Source of the DNA: Zootoca vivipara
Taxonomy: Eukaryota
NCBI RefSeq assembly: GCF_963506605.1
Contig: NC_083284.1
Span: 50,530,001-50,594,000 of the forward strand
Reading direction: 5' to 3'
DNA length: 64,000 nucleotides
Shown: piece by piece, positions 38,728-48,096 of the stretch
How positions within the stretch are numbered: the stretch's first letter is position 1
Layout: each line of letters starts with the position of its first letter
The notes under the pieces: model-generated
Databases searched by the model: none
What the model was told of the DNA's origin: nothing
Seen by the model: only the letters and a program-made list of their open reading frames with translations
Position numbers and translations under genes: made by a program

Positions 38728-41700
38728 AAGTCACGCTAACGCTCCCAAATGGCTATCCATTGACGGTCCTCGCCCTAATTGACAGTGGTGCCTCAGCCAA
38801 CTTCTTCTCGAGAACCTTTGCAGAAGAGCACCAGATCCAGCTTCTGCAGCTGGATTTTCCTCTGCACGTGGCAACCATTGACGGCAGAGAGTTGCTGGGA
38901 GGGGCCATCACTCATCAAACCCCCCCCCCCATGAGAATGACGGTGGGAAGGCACTCAGAGACACTGGCATTCAACGTCACCACCATCTCAGACCCCCCCA
39001 TCGTCTTGGGCATGAGCTGGCTGGCGCGCCACGACCCCTCCATCAGTTGGCACCAGAGATGCATCACTTTTGGATCGGACTTTTGCCTGGAACATTGCAT
39101 GCAGCACCAACCAGGGGAGGGGCCTCCGATAGCCACGGTGGCCACCATGCACGTCAAAGGGGGTGAGGCGATACCCAAGCCGTACTGGGACCTGCAGGAG
39201 GTCTTCAGCGAAGCGGAGTCCGACCACCTACCCCCGCACAGGCCTTTTGACTGCCAGATCAACCTGGTGCCAGGGGCAACTATACCCCCAGCCAAGCTGT
39301 ACGCCATGTCAGACCAGGAACTGGAGGATCTGCGCGCTTTCATCGACAAGAACCTCAAGCGGGGGTTCATCAGAGAAAGCAAGGCAGCAGGGGGCAGCCC
39401 GGTCTTCTGGGTGGACAAGAAAGACACGCAACAGCGCCGTCTTGTGGTGGATTTTAGACGGCTGAATTCAGTGACAGAGCCAGTGGCTTTCCCCATGCCC
39501 AGAGTGGATGATCTCCTGACAGCGGCACGCAGGGGTAAGATTTTCACCAAGCTAGACCTGAGGGGGGCGTACAACTTGATCAGGATCCGGGAAGGCGATG
39601 AATGGAAAACCACGATGTTCACGCCTCTGGGCTCTTTTGAATATCTGGTGATGCCCTTCGGGTTGCAAGGGGGCTCAGCATGCTTCCAGGCCTTCATGCA
39701 CCACGTCCTGGGGTCCCTCCTTTTCAAGAACTGCTTGGTCTTCCTAGATGACATCCTTATCTATTCCGCTGACCCAGTGCAGCATGTGAAAGACGTCAGG
39801 GAGGTGCTGCAGCGCCTGAAGGAGAACCACCTGTATGTGAAGCTGGAGAAGTGCAAGTTTCACACCAAAGAGGTGGACTTCCTGGGCTACAAGCTGTCAG
39901 ACAAGGGGTTAGCGATGGACAAGGACAAGGTGCAGGCCATCCTGGACTGGCACAGCCCCAGGACGCGCAAGGATGCCCAACGCCTACTAGGCTTCGCCAA
40001 CTTCTACAGGAAGTTCATCAAGAACTTCTCTCGCGTTACGGCTCCCATCACTGACTGCCTGAGAGGCAAGCAGAAGTTCAGGTGGACACCAGAGGCGCAA
40101 GCAGCGTTCGAAAGCCTCAAGAGGGTGTTCGCCTCGGACCAGAACCTGTTCCACGTGGTTCAGGACGCGCCCCTACGCGTTGAGACAGATGCTTCTGATA
40201 AAGCTGTGGGCGCCATTTTGTTGCAACTGGACGCCAACAGAGAGTGGAGACCCTGTGCCTTCTTCTCCAGGAAGTTGACCCAGCCAGAGCGAAACTACAC
40301 GGTGTTTGATAGGGAACTTCTTGCGATCCACGCTGCGTTCCAGCACTGGAGACACTTCCTGGTGGGCGCAAAGCACCCCATCCAGGTGTGCACAGACCAC
40401 AAGAACCTGGAGTTCTGGAGAAATGCCAGGGTGCTCAACCAGCGGCAGATACGGTGGGCAGAGTTCTTCTCGAACTTCAACTTCTCCATCCACTACATCC
40501 CGGGGGAGCAGAATGTCAGGGCGGATGCCCTCTCCCGCAAACCGGAGTACATGGAGGAGGAGGCGCCACCAGCACCCAGGCACATTTTCCCCCCGTCAGC
40601 ATGGTCCTGCGGAGCAGCAGTGGTGAGCGAGGCAGAACTCACAGCACTGACGGCAGCGGATGAGTTTGCCAACCGCATCTTCAGAGAACTGAGAGGGGGG
40701 AGGGAGCAGGCAAAAGACTTTGCAGAACGCAGGGGGCTGCTTTTCTACAAGGGTGCACTGTACCTGCCCACCACCCAGCTTAGACGTAAGGTCCTCAAGC
40801 AGATGCACGACAACCCAACTGCGGGGCATTTTGGAAGGGACAAGACCGCTCACCTAGTCATGAGACACTTCTGGTGGCCAGGGGTGCGGGAGGATGTCAG
40901 AGACTATGTAAGGGGCTGTGACACCTGCCAGCGGGCAAAGGTGGTCAGAGCAGCGCCAGCAGGATTGCTGGAGCCCTTAGCCACACCACACAGGCCATGG
41001 GAAGTGGTGTCCATGGACTTCATCACAGACCTGCCTTCTTCCAGGGGCAAGACCGCAGTGTTGGTGGTGGTGGACCTCATGTCCAAAATGTGCCACTTTA
41101 TACCGTGTGCCAGAGCGGTCTCTGCAGAAGAGACAGCCAAACTGTTTGTTGACCACGTATTCAGACTGCATGGCTTACCTTTAAGAGTTATTTCGGATAG
41201 AGGCCGCCAATTTGTGTCCAGGTTCTGGCGGCGGCTCATGAACCTCCTGCAGGTGGAGGTCAGCTTGTCGACGGCTAGACACCCGTAGACCAATGGACAG
41301 GCGGAGAGGGTCAACGCCATTCTGCAGCAGTACCTGAGATGCTACGTCAGCCAGAGGCAAACGGACTGGGTGGATCGCCTGCCACTGGCAGAATTTGCCT
41401 ACAACAATGCAGTGCACGTCTCCACAGGGGTGTCGCCCTTTAAGGCCAACTACGGGCGCGACCTCAGATCTTTCCCGGAGAGGGAGGGGGAGGAGGAGGA
41501 GGAGGGCCCGCAAGCTGAGGATTGGGCAGAGGAACTGGAGACGGTGCACCAGCAGCTCAGAGAACACTTGGAGAGAGCCAAGGAAGCATACAAGAAGGGG
41601 GCAGATCGCCACAGGCGACAGGGGGAGGTCATCAGGGTGGGGGACAAGGTTTGGCTGTCCTCGGAGGGCCTTCCCACCAGAGGGAGGTGCAAGAAACTGG

Positions 41701-42380
41701 CACCCAGAAGGTTGGGCCCCTTCACGGTCACGCAACAGGTCAACCCGGTGGCCTTCAGACTGGCACTGCCAGAGGACATGAGGGTGCACCCAGTGTTTCA
41801 TAGATCGCTGCTGTCGCCGTACAGGGAAAGCAGCAGGCTCCGAGACAGCGAACAAACCCCCGAGGGAGGGGGGGAGAGGGAAGGCAGGGAGCAACTCAAT
41901 GAGGCCACGGCCATCCTGGATTCACGGAGAGGGGTGGGGGGCCTGGAGTACCTCATGGCATGGGAGGATGCTCCGCAGTCCCAGAATGAATGGGTCCCGG
42001 CCACTCAGATACAGGAGGAATTCTTGGTGGAAGAATTTCACGCCCTCTATCCCCACAGACCCAAGCCCTGGCACATGGAAAGGGAGGGGGAGGAGGAGGA
42101 GGCACGGGAGAGCAGCTCACCATGGCGCTGGGAAGCGGAGTTTGAGGAACCGGGAGACGAGGTATGGGTGTCACCGAGATCCACCCAGTCAGAGGCAGAA
42201 GCAGATTGGCAGCACATTTTTACCCCCACCAGCTCGGACGCCACGGACTTTTTGGGATTCCAGTCCTCCCAGGCGGAAGGGGGGGGGCTCGCAGGACTGG
42301 GGGGAGGTGTTCACACCGACGGGCTCGGAAGGTACTGAGTTCTTAGGCTTCGAGTCGTCCCCGACACCTGGGGGGGACTT

Positions 42381-42416
42381 GGGGAGGGGAGAAGGAGAGC
42401 TTGGGAGGGGGGTGGA
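42381..42416 (+). promoter_or_regulatory. Polypurine tract
   Basis: GGGGAGGGGAGAAGGAGAG..GGGAGGGGGG immediately upstream of the 3' LTR. Confidence 0.8.
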
Positions 42417-42844
42417 TGTGAGGGACAGGGGATATCGCGAAGTCCCTCCCCTCCTGAGTTCAAGCCCATCCCCGAGCACAGGGGAAAGCAGAGGGAGCTC
42501 CGATTCCAGTGAGGAAGCAGGAAGTCGTGTCCGAGGCTCAGGCAAGGTAGCGGAGCCAGGGTCCCAGGTGGGACAGGAAGGGGCAAATAAGGGGGGGAGA
42601 CCCATCCCCCCAACTCCGGAATTACAGAGAAAGAGGAGGGGAAAGAGGATGGGTCTGCCAAGGCTTTTGTGTTGGGGAAAGACGCGCCAAAAGCCATTCG
42701 GAGGTTCTGCAACGTAATGACCCCATCGTTCCGTGTAAATAGCAATGACTTCAGCACTGTAAATACGCAGCACCAATAAAAGAATAAAATGCAGAGCTGC
42801 GTAGCGCCGTTACTCTGAAGTAGCCTGCTCCGGCCACTGTGACA
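42417..42844 (+). repeat. 3' LTR (428 bp)
   Basis: Matches the 5' LTR with one substitution; AATAAA at 42775 and 42783. Confidence 0.97.
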
Positions 42845-44429
42845 GCTTATTTTCGGGGGGTGTCTTATTTTATATTTTTTACTAACCAGTAAGTTGCTGC
42901 TGCTGCTCAAGCGCCAACAAAGCACCCAGCAGCGTGCGCCGCATGGAGCCCCGAGCCAGCGGGACCCGCTGAAGCGCCGACAAAGCTCCCGGCAGCGCTG
43001 CACAGAGCGCCCTGAGCCGCAGGAGGAGCACCGTGGCTCTCAGCCTCTCCGCCGTCCCGTTCCTGTCTCCGCCGCAGGCGCCGCCGCCTCCTGCTCCCTC
43101 CCGGGGCGTCCCAGGCTTCACCCGCTCAGCAGCACTCCATGCAAAGCCAGGGGCAAGTGCAATTCCACCAGGAGGTTCCCTCCGCGGCACCCATAGAGAC
43201 CATAGAGGAAAGGCGCGCGGCAGACACACCACTTCCGACTTCCATTACCCTCACCCACTCCTGCTGCGGCTCGGGGCGCTCTGCGCAGCGCTGCCGGGAG
43301 CTTTGTCAGCGCTTCAGCGGGTTCCATGCCAAGGGGAAAGGAAGGGAGGAGGGGAGAGAGAGCGGGCAGAAAGGGAGGAGGGGAATAATCGCTGGCGCTA
43401 CACGGCGAAAGAGAAAGGCAAGTTATGGCTCCACGTGGAGCGACTGTCCCTTCCAGTTTGCTGCTGCTGCACGCCACGAACAGCGGAGGGTGAAAGGAGC
43501 AGCGCCGGGTAGCCAGAGTAACCTCCACCACCCCACAGCCATGACGTTTCCCAGCACAGGACGATTGAGGCTTTGTCAGCGCTTCAGCTGGGTCCCGCTG
43601 GCTCGGGGCTCCACATGGCGCGCGCTGCTGGGTATTTTGGCGAGGCCCTCCAGAACTGCACTTACGGTAGCACTACGGCTTATTTTCGGGGTATGTCTTA
43701 TATTTTTTCAAAGCATGAAAATCGTGCCATGGCTTATTTTATAGGCACGTCTTAAAATGTGAGAAACACGGTATTGCTGATCTCACTTGTCCCCTGAAGC
43801 CCTTGCCTCTATGCCGTTCCAAAGGATCCTAACCCTTTAGTTTTGGGAATGTGCAGGGAGCTGCATGGAGAGGAAGAACTAGTGAAAATAATCTCCCAGT
43901 TCCATGGATGGATGTCTCCTCTAAAACAGCCATCTATCACAAAGAACACCATTGAATAGGATATTGTAGTTCTGCAAAGTTGTCCTTGGGTATCTGTATG
44001 TTTAAACTGGGTGGAATTTTACACACTTGAGTAATATTGACTTAAACTCACAGAGGATATGACAGAATTCACCTCAGTTTCTATAACCAACAGTGGTGTA
44101 CACTAAAAGTCAAAATGATTTGCAGTATGTTGAACTAGAATCATGGTACAAGCACTAAATGGTTTATTCAGACTGAAATCCTAATCCCACTTACCTGGGA
44201 GCAAGCCCCATTGGGTTCAGTAGTATTTACTTTTGAGTGGAGATGGTTAGGATTGCGCTGTAAGCAAATGTTGAAAGTCATTTGCTGGCTGGTGCACACT
44301 TCAGGAGCATGAGTGTATATGTGACAGTGTTGGATTTTTGCCCAACATGACAATCATTAATAAACAATTTTTCTTTTAAAATCATTCTCCATATGTGATA
44401 GAGGAATTCATAATTTACTTATTATTATA

Positions 44430-44642
44430 CAGTCATACCTTGGGTTACAGATGCTTCAGGTTGTGTGTTTTTGGGTTGCGCACCGTGTGAACCCAGAAGT
44501 ACCCAAACGGGTTACTTCTGGGTTTTGACGCTTGTGCATGCTCAGAACCACCGAATCGCAACCCGCGTGTGCGCAGACGCAGTGCTGCAGTTTGCGAATG
44601 TACCTCCTGCATGGATCACATTCGCAACCTGAGCGTCCACTG
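44430..44642. mobile_element. Tigger/mariner-like MITE
   Basis: TA-CAGTCATACCTTGGGTT...AACCTGAGCGTCCACTG-TA termini; internal palindrome AACCCAGAAGTA..TTACTTCTGGGTT. Confidence 0.7.
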
Positions 44643-44653
44643 TATTTGTATGT

Positions 44654-45063
44654 CGGGTGGCGCTGTGGTCTAAACCAAAGAGCCTAGGGCTTGCCGATCA
44701 GAAGGTCGGTGGTTCGAATCCCCACGACAGGGTGAGCTCCCATTGTTCGGTCCCAGCTCCTGCCCACCTAGCAGTTCGAAAGCACGTCAAGTGCAAGTAG
44801 ATAAATACCTTCCGTCGGGAAGGTAAATGGTGTTTCCGTGCACTGCTCTGGTTCACCAGAAGCAGCTTAGTCATGCTGGTCACATGACTGTCTGCGGACA
44901 AACACAGGCTCCCTAGACCTATAGAGCGAGATGAGCACCGCAACCCCAGAGTCGCCCGCAACTGGATCTAATGGTACAAGCACTAAATGGTTTATTCAGG
45001 CTGAAACCCTAATCCCACTTACCTGGGAGCAAGCCCCATTGGGTTCAGTTACCTTTACCTTTA
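44654..45063 (+). mobile_element. Sauria SINE (near full length) containing a 79-bp foreign insert
   Basis: tRNA head with A box GGTGGCGCTGTGG and B box GGTTCGAATCC; body CTAGCAGTTCGAAAGCAC...; BovB-like 3' GCAACCCCAGAGTCG; (ACCTTT)n tail; 11-bp TSD TATTTGTATGT (44643-44653, 45064-45074). Confidence 0.93.
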
Positions 45064-45189
45064 TATTTGTATGTGGATCTAGATTATGAGTGGAATTTCT
45101 GGGACCATGCTTATTTCAGATATGATCAGTATTTCTGGATAGAATTGTCAGATTTGTAGAAACGAGAAACATATTTCCATGCACTACAG

Positions 45190-45325
45190 CAGGCACCCCC
45201 AAACTTCGGCCCTCCAGATGTTTTGGACTACAATCCCCATCATCCCTGACCACTGGTCCTGTTAGCTAGGGATCATGGGAGTTGTAGGCCTAAACATCTG
45301 GAGGGCCGCAGTTTGGGGATGCCTG
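45190..45325. mobile_element. hAT (Charlie-like) palindromic MITE, 136 bp
   Basis: Same family as 2025-2160; TSD CACTACAG (45182-45189, 45326-45333). Confidence 0.92.
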
Positions 45326-45901
45326 CACTACAGCAATACAGTCATTATGGTAACAGTAGGCAATACATGAGGATTAAATAATGGCAATCTTTTACAGCCA
45401 GCTGTGCCAGTATACTGAGATGTCATGTGGTACAATCTCTTAGAAGTAAATTCCACAGTGTTCAGTCTGTAATCCCGTACTCACTCACAAGAGAAAACCT
45501 CACTGAAATCAATGGAAGTTACTTCTGATTAATATTTATGTCACCCTGTGTATATTTACTTGGAAGAAAGTTGCATAAAACTTAATGGGACTTCTGTGTT
45601 GGGCTTTATAGTTGTCAAGGTGAGAAACATATTTGAGAGAAATTGAAGTCAATACAAACAATATGTTTAGAACTGAACACAAAGGCATGTATTTTGATTG
45701 TTAAAATTGCAGTTGGTTCATGATTCCATATCATGAATAATGGAATTAAGCCTACTATCCTACCTTAGGCCAATTTTCTACAAACTAGCACTGCATATTC
45801 TAATGTGGCATATTGAAACAAACAGTTGTTAAATCTCAATTATTAGACATTGAGAGGAAGAATAATTCAAGTATTCATCTGACACATGCATGTTCATATT
45901 T

Positions 45902-46054
45902 GTAGTTACAGGTAGGTAGCCGTGTTGGTCTGCTGTAGTCGAAACAAAATAAAAAAAATCATTCCAGTAGCACCTTAGAGACCAACTAAGTTTGTTATTG
46001 GTATGAGCTTTCGTGTGGATCTGAAGAAGTGTGCATGCACATGAAAGCTTATGC
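45902..46054. mobile_element. Penelope-like terminus with inverted junction; hammerhead core on + strand
   Basis: Unit as at 20018, switching orientation at about 46017 to GAT-CTGAAGA-AGTGTGCATGCACAT-GAAA-GCTT-ATGC. Confidence 0.75.
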
Positions 46055-46809
46055 TTGTAGTGTTTCTGTTCCATTCATTAATTTGTGGAAACAGAGTTCT
46101 TGGGAAATGACATAAATCTACATAAAGCTATAATTTTCCTGAGTGCTAGATATTGTGTTTGTATATCTGACTTGGCTGAAACATTTCTAAATGGTCCCTT
46201 TGGCTACACATCTGAGGAGGCTCATAAACAGAAATAATTCCTTTCCAAGTCAATTATAACTCATGCTTGCTAAATTGGTTCAAGATCTGCTTGTGTCAGG
46301 CAAGTAACCTAATGAGTATTTTGCTTTTGAGGAAACCACATCTCAGTGCTTAAAGGGGAGATGAAGGATATGGAGACGGGAAGATCTTCATTTTTGTAGA
46401 ATGACAGAATATGAACAAATGGAAGTTTTCTTCTAAGTGCTCTTTTGTGCATATGCCAGCTAGTTTGAGGTGTGACTTTAGTTATGCTATTGTACTCTCC
46501 TTAAATTTCCCCCCTCAGTAATATAAAAACATATTGTTAATATTTGTTCATGTTTCTTCCTTGGAGAACTGAAGTGATAGGATTCTAAGGTAATGGAAGA
46601 CATTCTTTTTCACCAATTCTGAGTGCTGCCAGATGGCAAGTTTAATAAGCACTCATCTTGATTTGTTTGAAGGGAGATCAGATGATGCTGACCATTTATT
46701 ATCATTATTATTTTATATTTGTTAAATTTCTATATTTAATAAGCATTCACTCTGATTTGTTTATGGAATGGCTGGATAATGTTGCCTCAAAGCTTGTGGA
46801 ACATGATGC

Positions 46810-47375
46810 TTCATCAGTTTGTCTTGGGAGACAATAGACGAGTGTGCCTTTGGGGGTGAAGACAAACTGTTGGAGAGTTACAGCGCCTGCTGTGGCTGTA
46901 GAGCAGGCATGGCCAACCTTGGCCCTTCAGCTGTTTTGGGACTACAATTCCCATCATCCCTGACCACTGGTCCTGTTAACTAGGGATGATGGGAGTTGTA
47001 GTCCCAAAACAGCTGGAGGGCCAAGTTTGGCCATGCCTGCTGTAGAGACTGATATGGGAGAGACATGTTTTGTTGCAGCTGGACAGATGAAGGCATCCAG
47101 TTGTGCTGCTGCACCATGGCATTTATTCTCTCTGCACTCCCCCCAGCAGTCATTTCTTCTCTGGTCACTGCTGTGGGTGCACAACCTGACTATCTGGGTC
47201 CAGGAACTTCAATCATTTGCAGAGGAATCTCACATGGCAGGGTTGGTGTTACCAGCCTTCATGTCAAGTTTGCAGACATCTTTGTAATGCAGAGTTGGTT
47301 TTCCAAGAGGCCTAGCACTTGAAGCCAGCTCCTTGTAGAGCATGTCCTTGGGGATTCTGCCATATTCCATGCCTT
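46810..47375 (-). mobile_element. RTE-clade LINE (non-BovB) 3' fragment, degenerate
   Basis: Minus strand translates MEYGRIPKDMLYKELASSARPLGKPTLHYKDVCKLDMK and a terminal zinc-finger-like FICPSCNKTCLSHISLYSHSRRC, split by a MITE. Confidence 0.85.
46904..47039. mobile_element. hAT palindromic MITE (related subfamily) nested in the RTE fragment
   Basis: TIR CAGGCATGGCCAA / TTGGCCATGCCTG; TSD CTGTAGAG (46896-46903, 47040-47047). Confidence 0.92.
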
Positions 47376-47736
47376 AAAGCAACCCCACACTTTCTACTGC
47401 ATTTTCTCATCACTTACAGCAAACAGTCCAATCTTTCGAGAAAGTGTTTTTGTTGTGTAAGAGATCCAAATCAGCTTTAATTGAGCACCCTGAATTTGCC
47501 AGTATGTATTTGAATCCCACCTGAAAGTAGTGATATTCTGTAAGTGTGTACCCCTACATCTGATTATACTGATGGTGCCAGTAGTGTTTGAAATAGAATA
47601 ATGATTTCCACATAGACAAGAACTCCTAAGCTGATATGCGTGTGGAATTTGAGTATTGCTGATTCATGAATGCCCATATCCAAATATTTTAGGGTGGCGC
47701 AGTTGCTGGAGCAGATTGAGAATGTATATTGTAAGA

Positions 47737-48060
47737 CAGAGGTTTTCAACCTTTTTGAGTCCACGGCTCTCTTCACCAACTACCTTCTTTCTGTGGCTTC
47801 CCTGCGGGGCTCAGGAGCCTAGTTATGTTACCCCTTGCCCGCAGAGCTGGCAGCCTCTCACCCTTTTTCAAACACCCTCCCTTGTGGAGTGTTCCCTCAA
47901 CCTCCTCTCCCCTCTCCTTGAGAGTCCTCTGGGCAACCACTGCTGCTGCCTGTGGTCTCTGACTGCCCCCTGCCCCAAAGAAAGGTGACTGGAACTTGTC
48001 TGTCCATTCCCAATAGCAAGGACTAGCTGGCAAGTACTGGCTGGCGGGGCTCCCTCACCC

Positions 48061-48096
<36 letters not shown>

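Larger units (their letters stand above)
32305..42415 (+). other. Probable intron of the + strand host gene containing the nested TE cluster
   Basis: Inferred from position downstream of the CpG-island donors; no coding exon recognised. Boundaries are nominal. Confidence 0.3.
38592..42717 (+). pseudogene. pol polyprotein: protease, RT, RNase H, integrase, chromodomain, acidic FxGF repeats; one nonsense codon and one homopolymer frameshift
   Basis: ALIDSGASANF (PR); KLDLRGAY, VFLDDILIY (RT); ETDASD, DHKNL, RADALSR (RH); H-H-C-C, MDFITD, SDRG, QAER (IN); GPF motif; chromodomain at about 41898-42068. TAG at 41286-41288 in HP*TNGQAER; the frame resumes to a G9 run (42279-42287), after which the +1 frame continues to TAA 42715-42717 inside the 3' LTR. 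Confidence 0.92.
37033..42844 (+). mobile_element. Full-length Ty3/Gypsy LTR retrotransposon, chromovirus (Tf1/sushi group)
   Basis: TG...CA LTRs of 428 bp, 5-bp TSD GCTTA (37028-37032, 42845-42849), domain order gag-PR-RT-RH-IN-chromodomain, PPT before the 3' LTR. Confidence 0.97.
36965..43771. mobile_element. Non-autonomous Tc1/mariner superfamily (Tc2/pogo-like) DNA transposon, about 1 kb, interrupted by the Gypsy element
   Basis: TA TSDs (36963-36964, 43772-43773); TIRs CCGTGTTTCTCACATTTTAAGAC / GTCTTAAAATGTGAGAAACACGG; GC-rich interior with nested inverted repeats; no transposase ORF. Confidence 0.9.

Noticed and set aside
38430-38782. C-terminal ~115 aa of the 433-aa ORF 37481-38782 as real Gag
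   Set aside because: Out-of-frame read-through after the (GC)n lesion. The CCHC knuckle and phased slippery site are in another frame, and there is no canonical slippery heptamer at 38418-38440 to support a second programmed shift.
41286-41288. TAG in integrase as programmed stop-codon read-through
   Set aside because: It falls in the conserved HPQT(N/D)GQ.ER catalytic segment; a single C>T nonsense mutation is simpler.
37486-42244. Long antisense ORFs inside the Gypsy element (e.g. 38915-39754, 279 aa; 41181-41894, 237 aa)
   Set aside because: Expected from GC-rich codon usage of gag/pol; no domain similarity recognised and no env-like signal peptide or TM pattern.
42882-43755. GC-rich ORFs (100-201 aa) and CpG island as a host gene or transposase
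   Set aside because: Lies wholly between the TIRs of a non-autonomous element, is built of inverted repeats, and has no DDE/HTH motifs or splice structure.
44654-44730. tRNA gene (A and B boxes)
   Set aside because: It is the tRNA-derived head of a Sauria SINE, continuous with the SINE body, tail and TSD.
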